Shown: piece after piece, positions 41,078 to 50,535 of the stretch
Layout of the letters: each line of letters opens with the position of its first letter
Position numbering within the stretch: the first letter of the stretch is position 1
Source of the DNA: a virus
Lineage: Duplodnaviria; Caudoviricetes
Direction: 5' to 3' (one strand)
DNA: 64,000 bases
IMG/VR virus record: IMGVR_UViG_3300029305_005387
Notes under the pieces: model-generated
Databases searched by the model: none
What the model was told of the DNA's origin: nothing
Seen by the model: only the letters and a program-made list of their open reading frames with translations
Program-made: the position numbers and the translations under genes

Positions 41078-41866
41078 ATGTATATTGATAATCAAAATAA
41101 TTTTATGAGACGTTTAATGATAATACTAATGGTCCATTTTATTATGACATTTATACTTGTATATGGACCAATATATTCAAATGTAACTCAGCATACTGCA
41201 ATGGTTGTAAATGCTGCTGGAAATAATATTGAATATAACGGTGTTGAATATACTAATATTAATACACTAACTGAGGAACCTGCCATTGAAACTGTTACAA
41301 TACTTTTATCAATGTCTGGAAGTATTACATATGAAAGTTCAATAGTAGAAGAAATTTCTGAACCAGTAGAAATTATTGAAACACCACCTGTAGTGGAAAT
41401 CGCTTCTGAATCTGAGGAAATGTCCATAATGGAGAAAACTATAGTTGATGAAGTTATCGAGGAAGAAACAACTCCAGAATTATCATATAACTTTAGTGAA
41501 GTTCCATTAAGTGAAGGAGATTTAGAAGCAGTAATTAATAATTGTGAAAACTTTGGTATACCAATACCTATTGCTTTAGGTCTTATAGATGTCGAATCTG
41601 ATTTTAATACAACTGCAGTATCATCTAGTGGATGTTATGGTTTGATGCAACTACATCCAAAATATTTTGACACAAGTACTTCTACTCAACAACAAATCCA
41701 TGACGGATTCGAATATCTATCATCACATTATAAAAAGTATGAAGACTGGATTTCTGCTCTTAATTGTTACAATGCAGGTCATTACACAGGAGATACCAAA
41801 TATCCAAATAAAGTAATGAGAGATGCTGAAAAATGGTCTGAAATAACTGGAATTCCAATAGAGTAA
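41078..41866 (+). CDS. Membrane-anchored lytic transglycosylase (SLT domain)
   Basis: N-terminal TM, acidic linker, IDVESDFN (catalytic Glu), GCYGLMQL, YNAG, YPNKV. Confidence 0.9.
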   Translation: MYIDNQNNFMRRLMIILMVHFIMTFILVYGPIYSNVTQHTAMVVNAAGNNIEYNGVEYTNINTLTEEPAIETVTILLSMSGSITYESSIVEEISEPVEIIETPPVVEIASESEEMSIMEKTIVDEVIEEETTPELSYNFSEVPLSEGDLEAVINNCENFGIPIPIALGLIDVESDFNTTAVSSSGCYGLMQLHPKYFDTSTSTQQQIHDGFEYLSSHYKKYEDWISALNCYNAGHYTGDTKYPNKVMRDAEKWSEITGIPIE

Positions 41867-41899
41867 TAAAATCATAAACAATAAATCAAAGGAGGTTTA

Positions 41900-42142
41900 T
41901 TGTTTATGGACGCACACGATATCGAAATTCTAAAAGAATTTTTCAAAACAGAACCTATTCGTACCAGAGGAACTGCGGAAGGTATTATCGTAAAAGGGAG
42001 AAGAAAACAAATTAAAATTTACGATGGTCGAAATGGAACATACCAGATCCAAGCTTTTAAAAACGGATCAACAATTCCATATCTTGTAGATGAAATACCT
42101 ACGTATTCTCTTAGAGAATATATTGCCCGCTTGTATGAATAA
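41900..42142 (+). CDS. Small hypothetical protein
   Basis: ~80-aa ORF with AGGAGG SD. Confidence 0.7.
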   Translation: MFMDAHDIEILKEFFKTEPIRTRGTAEGIIVKGRRKQIKIYDGRNGTYQIQAFKNGSTIPYLVDEIPTYSLREYIARLYE

Positions 42143-42160
42143 AAAGAAAGGTGAAAACAT

Positions 42161-42316
42161 ATGAACGAACACCGAGATGAATTAAAATTTCCTTGTACAT
42201 ATAATGAAAATAAACTTACAACAGTTTCGTTATGTATGAGATGTAAAGAATCTAACAATTGCGATTTATATGCAACAATGTTAGATGAAGCAGAAGAATA
42301 TAATAAAGATGAATAA
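42161..42316 (+). CDS. Small Cys-containing hypothetical protein (51 aa)
   Basis: Below the track cutoff. AAGGTG SD, MNEHRDELKFPC...CMRCKESNNC...KDE, ends at a terminator. Confidence 0.6.
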   Translation: MNEHRDELKFPCTYNENKLTTVSLCMRCKESNNCDLYATMLDEAEEYNKDE

Positions 42317-42355
42317 AAAATAATGGTGGGCGTTATACCCACCATTATTTTTTAT
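42315..42355. terminator. Bidirectional intrinsic terminator
   Basis: aaaaaataatggtggg-cgttatac-cccaccattatttttt. Confidence 0.85.
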
Positions 42356-42709
42356 TCATCTATCGTCATCTTTATCTTTTGATTTATGACAACTTCCACC
42401 TACAAAGATTCCCAACGCAAATGCTCCAACAATTCCAGCAATAGCGAAGTTACGATTTCTAACGTTATTCTCGTATACACGATTTAACATTAAACCAAAT
42501 TCGTCATTGTTATTCGAAGGGAACAAATCCGTAGAAATTGCAATTACATCAGGAGCTTTCTCTTGTAGAGATTCTGAAGAATGAGGTTGGTATACAGTTG
42601 CCATAACTCGATTCAGATTTTTTCTACTAGGTGGTAGACCTTTTGTAACATAATCTACTATGTCATATTGGGTTTCGTATACTACGTTTTCTGGTTTTAC
42701 TAATAACAT
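42356..42709 (-). CDS. Hypothetical protein with a C-terminal TM helix
   Basis: Start re-called to ATG 42709 (AGGAGG SD). TM FAIAGIVGAFALGIFVGG. Early-type motif at 42764-42773. Confidence 0.75.
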   Translation of the reverse strand: MLLVKPENVVYETQYDIVDYVTKGLPPSRKNLNRVMATVYQPHSSESLQEKAPDVIAISTDLFPSNNNDEFGLMLNRVYENNVRNRNFAIAGIVGAFALGIFVGGSCHKSKDKDDDR

Positions 42710-42855
42710 ATTATTTACCTCCTTATATGTGTTTTGAAGATAATTATTAATCTTCTTATTCGTATAATATATCATCTTAGCATTACCATAAACGTATATG
42801 GTAGAACGGAATTAATAAAGATATATCGTAATAAACATAAGGAGGCTTCAGGATT

Positions 42856-44877
42856 ATGTCAGATAATACAAACCTAATGCGTGAACTTTATATCCTTGAG
42901 GATGAAAACAATCCTTATGGGTCTAGATCTAAAGGTATATGGCCACCTACTATATTAGATCAGGTATATGATAACTTATCTCCTACAAATAAAACACTGA
43001 GAACTATTTTAGAAGAATTAAGACATGATATTCTTACTGGGGGAATTGGCAATATTACATTTCCAGTCACAACTGTTAATGGAATGAATGGAGATGTAAT
43101 TATTAATGCGAAACATTTAGGTTTAGAAAATGTTGATAATACATCTGATAATGAAAAACCATTATCAAAACCTCAACGTCTTGCAGTGATGGAACTTCTA
43201 AAAGGATTCAAATATGAAGTAGATTTAAGTGATTTATATGACCATATTAGAGACTCAAATAATCCTCATGGAATAACTTTTGAACACATTAATCGAAATA
43301 ATGAGATTGGAAATTATATCTCTCAATATATCTTGAAACATGAAAATGATCAAACATCTCATCAAGATATTAGAAATTTAATCAAGGATATTGATTATTC
43401 TGTTAAAAATATTCACAATGATGTTGAAGAAAGAATTTCTATTGCTCTTAGAATTTTGGATCAACATTATGCAGATGAAGGAGCACATTCACCTTTATTT
43501 GATAAAAAAGAAGATGTATTGAATAAAGTATTTGATTTTGAAAATGTTGATCATAAACGATATCCATCCGTAAGAGCAGTTGTAGATTATGTAACATCCG
43601 TAGCTAATACTTTAAGATCTGAGATCACTACAATAGAAAACTGGATAGATGATATTATCGTTATTAGATCAAGAGATGATTTGCCATCTGCAAGTATTAA
43701 GACTTACCGTAAAGCATATTTCATTCGTAGAGGATTAAATAATAATGATGAGATTGCCATTTGTCGAATAAATCCTGATAATACAACTTATTCTTGGGAT
43801 ATTTCTACATTTGATACGTATGCAAAATTTGATGAATCTTATTTTATTAACACAGATGATGGTTTATCTCTAAATACAACTAATATAGCTGAAACATTAA
43901 TCAATGAAGGAAATATGAATAAAGGTATTTCTGAAATTGTTAATTCAGTATTATTTGAATCCACTGCAATAATCAATTTCAATATTAATGAACTAGGAGA
44001 ATTAACTGTTGAATATGATGAAAGATATCCTGATCCTATTCTATATATTGATGAAAATGGTGAATTGATACTAGAAGCAGATGATGGAACTCTTTCTGAA
44101 TTCTTGGTTGAAAATTGTAACTTCGAAATTGTAAATGGACGATTAATTCTTACAACTGAAGATATTGATATTGTAAATATTGGACATGGAAAGATTGCTA
44201 ATTACTATACGAAGGATGAAATCGATGAATTTTCATTCATTAATAGTATTCAGATATTATCAGGAACAGAGAATGGAACCATTCGATATTATATAAATAA
44301 CGATATATCTACAATGTCTCCTGATATTAAAGTTACTGGTATTAATAAACTCGCATTTCTTGAAAAGGTAACTGAAAATGAAATAGAAGACAACTCAGTC
44401 CATTCTCAACACATTCTAAACAGGGCAATTCAATATCGTCATATGGGAGAAAAGGCAGTATCTGCTGAAAATATGAGAGGATCTTACAATACTATATTTG
44501 GCAATGTTGAAGATTCTCAAGGTAACACGGTTAGAGAGATTCCTTTGACATATCTTGTAGAAGTTTTTCAGCCATATATTAAAGATTTTATTGCTCAGTA
44601 TTTAACATCTTCTCCTGAAATGAAGTCAATACTAAAGGATATCTATGAAGAAATAATTGCTGAGGAAATCATGAGTGAAGCTCCTATTACATTAACCATT
44701 CAAGATGGTTCATTAATAGCAACTTATGATGAGACTCAGTATAGTGAACCTGATATTGAAATTGATAAAGACGGGTATTTGATTTTAAATTCATCAGATA
44801 CTGCAATTGATCAATACTTGGAAAGTATTTTCTTTAATATAGTTGATTCAACGTTAGTAATGACCGTAAATGAATAA
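42856..44877 (+). CDS. Tail-fibre-like virion protein
   Basis: VTTVNGMNGDV, LGLENVDNTSDNEKPLS, NPHGIT motifs of phage fibres. Shares N-terminal blocks with 54358..58875. Confidence 0.75.
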   Translation: MSDNTNLMRELYILEDENNPYGSRSKGIWPPTILDQVYDNLSPTNKTLRTILEELRHDILTGGIGNITFPVTTVNGMNGDVIINAKHLGLENVDNTSDNEKPLSKPQRLAVMELLKGFKYEVDLSDLYDHIRDSNNPHGITFEHINRNNEIGNYISQYILKHENDQTSHQDIRNLIKDIDYSVKNIHNDVEERISIALRILDQHYADEGAHSPLFDKKEDVLNKVFDFENVDHKRYPSVRAVVDYVTSVANTLRSEITTIENWIDDIIVIRSRDDLPSASIKTYRKAYFIRRGLNNNDEIAICRINPDNTTYSWDISTFDTYAKFDESYFINTDDGLSLNTTNIAETLINEGNMNKGISEIVNSVLFESTAIINFNINELGELTVEYDERYPDPILYIDENGELILEADDGTLSEFLVENCNFEIVNGRLILTTEDIDIVNIGHGKIANYYTKDEIDEFSFINSIQILSGTENGTIRYYINNDISTMSPDIKVTGINKLAFLEKVTENEIEDNSVHSQHILNRAIQYRHMGEKAVSAENMRGSYNTIFGNVEDSQGNTVREIPLTYLVEVFQPYIKDFIAQYLTSSPEMKSILKDIYEEIIAEEIMSEAPITLTIQDGSLIATYDETQYSEPDIEIDKDGYLILNSSDTAIDQYLESIFFNIVDSTLVMTVNE

Positions 44878-44880
44878 TGG

Positions 44881-44911
44881 TATGGAGAGGCTTATCATAA
44901 GCCTCTCCATA
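44881..44911. terminator. Intrinsic terminator hairpin
   Basis: tatggagaggcttat-c-ataagcctctccata. Confidence 0.75.
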
Positions 44912-44954
44912 CTTTACTATTTTATTAATTATTCTCATTTTGGAGGGATTAAAT

Positions 44955-47261
44955 ATGCAACATTTTAAGTTAGAAAAAGATTGTGTATTGTACAAAACAC
45001 AATTTGAAAAGTATATGCTTGATATATTTGGAGACCACCGTCTGGATAGATATTCTTTAGATTTAGATGGAATTTTATTTAGAATTAAATATATGACTAA
45101 GCATAAAAGAGATCTTGATAAGATTCCAGAATTACAAGAGAAATTTACTAATATTGCAATCCAGTTAAGAAAATGCTTTGGTGAATTTCTCTTTAACTTC
45201 TTAGCTCAGATTATAACAATTCCTGAACCATTTAAACTTGACAATATTGTTGATATTCTTGCTCATGATGTGAAGATGGATCCGAATTATGTAAAGTTTA
45301 AAATGATATTAATTTCAGATAGTAAAGAATATATTGAATATGTAGATTCAGCTTTTCCAGATAATGAAGTATTTAATATGTTTCCAAACGAATACTTTAG
45401 ATTTTATACTGATTCATACAATGATGGAATTGCTAAAGCATATCCAGAACTATTTGAAAATAAACATCAGGACAAGATTGGTGTTGGAGCTGATGGAGAT
45501 GTATTCTGCCACAACTTTACTTTTCAGACAGGAGAACGTTGTTCACTGAACTGTACGTATTGTGTTCCAGATGGTACCAAAGTTACATTACCAGATTATT
45601 CAATGAAAAATATTGAAGATATCCAAGTAGGTGATAAAGTATTGGCAGTAGATGAACATCATCCTGTTGGTAAAGAACATACATTACGAGAATCTGAAGT
45701 TACACATGTTTTCAAAAGGGAAACAAATGGTTATTTTAAGATATCTCATAGAGCTTTAAAAGAACCTATTTGTATTACTGGTGAGCATCCTGTAAAAACA
45801 GAGAGACGTGGATGGATACCTGTAAATATGTTAAGATCAACGGATAAAATTTTGATATCTTCAATAGATCCATATGATTTTTATTCTACGAATTTTAAAA
45901 ATCCATCATTTATAATGAATAAAATCTCAAATTCATATCATTACTATAAAACGCAATACATTGGTGGATTTAAACTTGAAAATATTAAAGAAAAATGTAC
46001 AGTGTATAATTTGGAAACAACTGAACATACTTACGCTATTGGAAGATTATTAGTTCATAATTGTTATCAGTTTAATAAATCAGAAATGAGAATGAGTTTT
46101 GAAACTGCAAAGAAGTTTATTGATAATTTATTGACTGATCAATATGGATATATTAATCAATATAATTCTCCTGCCATCATTATGGAGTTTATTGGTGGCG
46201 AACCTTTGCTTGAAATTAATCTTACAAGAAAGATTTATGAATATTTTCTTGATAGATGTTACGAATTAAATCATCCTTGGTTTACTCTTCATAGACTTTC
46301 AATATGTTCTAATGGTATGCAATATTTCGATAAAGAAGTTCAAGATTTTTTTAAAGAATATTCTTCACAAATTTCATTCAATATTTCCATTGATGGAAAT
46401 AAAGAATTACATGATGCTTGTAGAGTTCAACCAAATGGAGAAGGAAGTTATGATATTGATATATGTGCACTGAATCATTATAATAAACATTTTACACCAG
46501 AGAGAAATTCTAAGATGACTTTGGCTCCATCTAATATTTCATATCTATTTGATTCAGTCGTAAACTTTATTAACAACGGAATGACAGTTATTAATATTAA
46601 CTGCATTTTCGAAGAGGGTTGGAACCAAGAGACTGCACGAATTGAATATTATCAGTTAAAGAAATTAGCTGAGTATATATTAGAGAATGATTTAGATCAT
46701 CTTTATATAGCCATATTTAATGAACGTCAAGAAGACGTGATGCCTAAAGAACAGGATGGATCATTTTGTGGAGGTGCCGGTTCCATGCTTGCTATGAGAC
46801 CTAATGGACAGTTTTATCCATGTATTCGTTACATGCCATCTTCTGTTGGTAATAATGTAAAAGATCTTTGTATTGGAACTGTCGATACAGGTATTCATGG
46901 ACGAGAAGAAGGATCTGATATCATTAGAATGTTAGATAGAATTACACGACGTGCACAAAACAATGACATCTGTTATGAATGTCCAATTTCAAATGATTGT
47001 GCTTCTTGTTTAGCATTAGGACATACAGTATTTGGTACTCCTAATAAGAGAACAAACTTCATCTGTATCCAAATGATTGCTGAGGCGTTAGCTAATGTAT
47101 TTTACTGGAATGCATTATTAATCAAACATCCAGAATATAATCTCGATGTAAGAAAAAATAATGTTCCAGATAAATGGGCTCTCTTAGTAATAGATGAAGA
47201 AGAACTTGATTATTTGAAAAAACTTGAAGCATATGCAATGATCATAAAGATGGAAAGATAA
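44955..47261 (+). CDS. Radical SAM/SPASM peptide-maturase-like enzyme (CXXX-repeat target type) containing an intein
   Basis: After splicing it reads CSLNCTY|CYQ (CxxxCxxC). EFIGGEPLL, SNG, ISIDGNKELHDACR. SPASM cysteines FCGG...YPCIRY...CYECPISNDCASC...FIC. Confidence 0.92.
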   Translation: MQHFKLEKDCVLYKTQFEKYMLDIFGDHRLDRYSLDLDGILFRIKYMTKHKRDLDKIPELQEKFTNIAIQLRKCFGEFLFNFLAQIITIPEPFKLDNIVDILAHDVKMDPNYVKFKMILISDSKEYIEYVDSAFPDNEVFNMFPNEYFRFYTDSYNDGIAKAYPELFENKHQDKIGVGADGDVFCHNFTFQTGERCSLNCTYCVPDGTKVTLPDYSMKNIEDIQVGDKVLAVDEHHPVGKEHTLRESEVTHVFKRETNGYFKISHRALKEPICITGEHPVKTERRGWIPVNMLRSTDKILISSIDPYDFYSTNFKNPSFIMNKISNSYHYYKTQYIGGFKLENIKEKCTVYNLETTEHTYAIGRLLVHNCYQFNKSEMRMSFETAKKFIDNLLTDQYGYINQYNSPAIIMEFIGGEPLLEINLTRKIYEYFLDRCYELNHPWFTLHRLSICSNGMQYFDKEVQDFFKEYSSQISFNISIDGNKELHDACRVQPNGEGSYDIDICALNHYNKHFTPERNSKMTLAPSNISYLFDSVVNFINNGMTVININCIFEEGWNQETARIEYYQLKKLAEYILENDLDHLYIAIFNERQEDVMPKEQDGSFCGGAGSMLAMRPNGQFYPCIRYMPSSVGNNVKDLCIGTVDTGIHGREEGSDIIRMLDRITRRAQNNDICYECPISNDCASCLALGHTVFGTPNKRTNFICIQMIAEALANVFYWNALLIKHPEYNLDVRKNNVPDKWALLVIDEEELDYLKKLEAYAMIIKMER
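45561..46061 (+). mobile_element. Mini-intein (167 aa, no endonuclease) inserted in the radical SAM cluster motif
   Basis: Begins CVPDGTKV...IEDIQVGDKV, block B ITGEHP, ends VYNLETTEHTYAIGRLLVHN followed by extein Cys. Confidence 0.93.
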
Positions 47262-47266
47262 AATGA

Positions 47267-47298
47267 TACACAGGAGAGGGATTTCCCTCTCCTGTGTT
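47267..47298. terminator. Bidirectional terminator hairpin
   Basis: acacaggagaggga-tt-tccctctcctgtgt between convergent genes. Confidence 0.8.
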
Positions 47299-47318
47299 TA
47301 TACACTAACTTATGATAA

Positions 47319-47846
47319 TTAAGCAGTTGTATCAGGTTCAGTTGTTTCTGTACCATCTTCTGCAGGTTCTTCAGATTCATTAGAATCTTCTGCACCTGCA
47401 TCGGTACCAGCGTCTTCATCTTCTGCATCCTTAGTATAAGTTACAGTAACTTCAACGCCTTCAGCTACCATATCACCAGTCAATAAAGTCTGATCAGCAG
47501 TATAACCTACGAAACTAGGAGGTGCATACGTGTATTCACCGCCAACATTGAACATTCTTTCTACAGGATCAGGAACTGTTAGATCTTCAGGACCTTCGAA
47601 TGTTACTTTAAGAGCTGCACGAGCTGCAACTACATCGATGTCATTACCAGGACCTTCTTTTTCTTCAGATGCTTCAGCTTCAGGATCTTCCATTTTAGCT
47701 ACAAGCTCAGGAACAATCTGTTTGAATTCCTCACGAGTGATCTGAATTCCAGGTACACTGTTGAAAAGATAATGCAAAGCATTAAACAATTCATTTGCTG
47801 CACCGGCAGTATCACCAGCAGCAATACATTCATTAATTTTAGCCAT
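47319..47846 (-). CDS. Acidic protein with a MucBP-like domain
   Basis: Start re-called to ATG 47846. LKVTFEG...GGEYTYAPPSFVGYTAD...GDMVAEGVEVTVTYTK. Confidence 0.65.
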   Translation of the reverse strand: MAKINECIAAGDTAGAANELFNALHYLFNSVPGIQITREEFKQIVPELVAKMEDPEAEASEEKEGPGNDIDVVAARAALKVTFEGPEDLTVPDPVERMFNVGGEYTYAPPSFVGYTADQTLLTGDMVAEGVEVTVTYTKDAEDEDAGTDAGAEDSNESEEPAEDGTETTEPDTTA

Positions 47847-47933
47847 ATTAAAGACTCCTTTCATGATTTACTTTTGTTTTATCCAGTTTATTTCCCAGGA
47901 TTAATTATCTGTAATTAGAAAATTATGAATGAA

Positions 47934-47946
47934 AACGACTATTTAA
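47934..47946 (+). promoter_or_regulatory. Late-type promoter motif AACG-N6-TAA
   Basis: aacgactatttaa, 30 nt before the GGAGG-preceded ATG 47976. Confidence 0.5.
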
Positions 47947-47975
47947 TTATTGATTTCTATCGTGGAGGTGTTAAT

Positions 47976-50225
47976 ATGAATAAAGATCTTTATTCAAATC
48001 AAGAATTCACTGAATTAAAACACCGATTAAATCAGGAAATACAGAGAAGAAGTACATTTTCTTGGTGGGATCCGCTAACAACACCATCTGTTGGAGAAGA
48101 TAAATCATCTCCAATGTCATTACCTGATATCGGTCAACGAGTTTCAGTTGATGATAAAACATATACAATCAATAATCCTTCTGAGGGATCTATTGAAAGG
48201 ACTAAAAATATTCATTATCAAAATCATGGAGATAGTCCATCAGGTGATGATAGTGAATTTATTTCAACAGTTCCAAATACATCTGCAGCTAAAATGGATG
48301 CAGATGAAATGAGAAACTTTTTGGTTGGTTTATCTAAAATAAAAGATATCAATCTTTTTTATGGTAGAGATGAAATCCCAGGTCTTGCTTATAGAGATCC
48401 ATCTGGAATAGAAGAAGTACTAACAAGTGCTGAAAAAGATAAATTACATGAATATATTGTAGGTGAATATTCAAAGAATGATCCTAATAATGGAGCTAAC
48501 GATCATTTAGACGGAAATTATCCTAGTAATATTCACGAAGTTCATTACGATATTGAAAATGGAATTGCTGTAATGAAATCCGGAGAATATGATGGAGAAG
48601 AATTAAACACCCATGATGGTTTAGGTCCTAATAATTTCTTTGATGATTATGGGGCAGAACCAGGAGATGGTGATTTTCATCCTTATAACAGAGGATATAC
48701 TCCACAAAGTAGACGAGATTGGAAAATACATAATAATCAACGTAAAACAGAAAAGGTTTATGTTACTGAAGGAGGAATACCAACTTCTTCTTTTGGACCA
48801 AATCCTAGAAATCCAGTCCAAGGTAAAGAATATAAATCTCGTCCAGTATTTAAAGGATCTCCAAGTACTTGTCAGGTTGCTTGTACTGGTCTATGTAGCG
48901 TTACTTGTGATGATCAATGTTCAGAATCTTGTTCTTCAACATGTTGGAGTCGATGTGGTAATGCTTGTACTTCTTCATGTGGTAATGCTTGCACAGGTTG
49001 TAGTACTTTATGTTATACATCTTGCAAAACTAAATGTGAAAACATTTCTGGATATGCTTGTGTAACTGCTGGAGCAAAAGCTATTAAAATAACAACATCT
49101 GGTGGCACTAATGGTGTACCTGCAAAAAATGAAATCCAAGCAGAAACATATTCATGTCAAGGATGTTCATATAGTTGTCAATTTTATCCTAATAAAAAGA
49201 CAACTTGTTGGGATGCTGGATGTATGGGTAATTGTTTTATCTCTTGTAACACAGCATGTTCAACTGCCTGTACTGGTGGTTGTATTAATAATACAGCTGA
49301 AGAAGGTACTTCATATAAAACTGGTAAAGGCAGAGGATGTTCTTCTGGATGTACATTAAACTGTATTGGAAATTGTTCTGGGACATGTGAAGGACAATGT
49401 GTGACAACTTGTTGGCATGCATGTAAAGAAACATGTACTGACAATTGTACATTCGAATGTTCTACAAATTGTGGAAGTGGTTGTGCTAGTGGATGTAAAG
49501 ATGGTTGTACAGGATGTACAGGAACTTGTGAATCTTATTGTGAAGGACAAACCGATTCAATAGGATGTACAGGTTGTAGCACAAAAGGCGGTTGTACATC
49601 TACTTGTCAGCATGGCTGTAATAAAAATTGTGTTGGTATAGGATGTAGATCAATTTGTGGTATTGAAGCTGCTGGAGCTTGTGAAGCTAATTGTAGAATC
49701 AATTGTATGAGTTCTAGTTGTTCAGCTATGTGTTCTAATCAATGTTCAGATCAATGTACAACATGTGTCAATACCTGTGGATTTGGATGTGGGTATTGTT
49801 CTTCCGTATGTTCTTCTGGTTGTGATGCTGCTTGTGAAATCACGTGTAGTGAGAAGTGTGAACATTCTTGTGAAAATAATTGTGTTCAGTCTTGTAGTGA
49901 AGAATGTGGCGGATGTTCTTCATTATGCTTCTCATGTGTTGGAATGTGTATTGGAGTTTGTAGTGTACATTGTGAAAATGGATGTACCAGTTGTTCAGTA
50001 ATGTGCGGATGGTGGTGTGATTCTTCATGTAATCAACAATGCTTTGCAAATTGTGACACTTTCTGTATATCTGATTGCTCTGGTTCTTGTATAACATTCT
50101 TAATGAGTAAAGCTAATACTACCATTGGACCTGAAAATAACCCTACAGCTGAAGGATATAAGTGTCCTCATCCTTCTAATAGAGAAGAGGAACGTGAATC
50201 ATTTATTATTAGGAAGGATGAATAA
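47976..50225 (+). CDS. Giant CxxxC-repeat cysteine-rich protein, putative radical SAM substrate
   Basis: Start re-called to ATG 47976 (GGAGG SD). ~300-aa Cys-free N-terminal region, then ~407 aa with about 88 Cys mostly spaced CxxxC. Confidence 0.88.
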   Translation: MNKDLYSNQEFTELKHRLNQEIQRRSTFSWWDPLTTPSVGEDKSSPMSLPDIGQRVSVDDKTYTINNPSEGSIERTKNIHYQNHGDSPSGDDSEFISTVPNTSAAKMDADEMRNFLVGLSKIKDINLFYGRDEIPGLAYRDPSGIEEVLTSAEKDKLHEYIVGEYSKNDPNNGANDHLDGNYPSNIHEVHYDIENGIAVMKSGEYDGEELNTHDGLGPNNFFDDYGAEPGDGDFHPYNRGYTPQSRRDWKIHNNQRKTEKVYVTEGGIPTSSFGPNPRNPVQGKEYKSRPVFKGSPSTCQVACTGLCSVTCDDQCSESCSSTCWSRCGNACTSSCGNACTGCSTLCYTSCKTKCENISGYACVTAGAKAIKITTSGGTNGVPAKNEIQAETYSCQGCSYSCQFYPNKKTTCWDAGCMGNCFISCNTACSTACTGGCINNTAEEGTSYKTGKGRGCSSGCTLNCIGNCSGTCEGQCVTTCWHACKETCTDNCTFECSTNCGSGCASGCKDGCTGCTGTCESYCEGQTDSIGCTGCSTKGGCTSTCQHGCNKNCVGIGCRSICGIEAAGACEANCRINCMSSSCSAMCSNQCSDQCTTCVNTCGFGCGYCSSVCSSGCDAACEITCSEKCEHSCENNCVQSCSEECGGCSSLCFSCVGMCIGVCSVHCENGCTSCSVMCGWWCDSSCNQQCFANCDTFCISDCSGSCITFLMSKANTTIGPENNPTAEGYKCPHPSNREEERESFIIRKDE
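48870..50090 (+). repeat. Protein-level CxxxC/CxxC repeat array
   Basis: For example CQVACTGLCSVTCDDQCSESCSSTCWSRC. TGT recurs with 12-nt periodicity while the spacer codons are diverged. Confidence 0.9.
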
Positions 50226-50227
50226 AT

Positions 50228-50494
50228 ATGGGAAGAATAAGTGAAGTAAAATATATACAAGTTGATCCAATTGATTATGATGTACATGAAGCTGCTCAAC
50301 ACTATTTTCATTCTAATGTAATTCCGATTCATGAAATGTTTTATGTTGGATATGAAGAATATGAATTAAAACAAAATTCTATTCGTAATAACATCACTAG
50401 AGATAATAGGGACGATAGTCTAAAATTGAATACGTCTACATTTGGGATATCGATAAAAAATAATCAAGTCATTCTGGTAATCGATAAAGCATAA
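50228..50494 (+). CDS. Small hypothetical protein coupled to the Cys-rich gene
   Basis: 88-aa ORF starting 2 nt after the upstream stop, AAGGA SD. Confidence 0.7.
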   Translation: MGRISEVKYIQVDPIDYDVHEAAQHYFHSNVIPIHEMFYVGYEEYELKQNSIRNNITRDNRDDSLKLNTSTFGISIKNNQVILVIDKA

Positions 50495-50497
50495 CAT

Positions 50498-50530
50498 TTA
50501 AGAGAGGAGCTATATAGCTCCTCTCTTAAT
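50498..50530. terminator. Bidirectional terminator hairpin
   Basis: ttaagagaggagcta-ta-tagctcctctcttaa. Confidence 0.8.
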
Positions 50531-50535
50531 CATCT

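Noticed and set aside
47925-47975. ORF-track start of the Cys-rich gene at 47925, and other over-extended starts (318, 34390, 38950, 40266, 42775, 47864)
   Set aside because: A better SD-ATG pair lies downstream in each case, and some extensions overlap promoter motifs.
48870-50090. CRISPR array or DNA tandem repeat suggested by the 12-nt TGT periodicity
   Set aside because: Only the Cys codons recur and there are no identical DNA repeats with spacers. The repeat is at the protein level.
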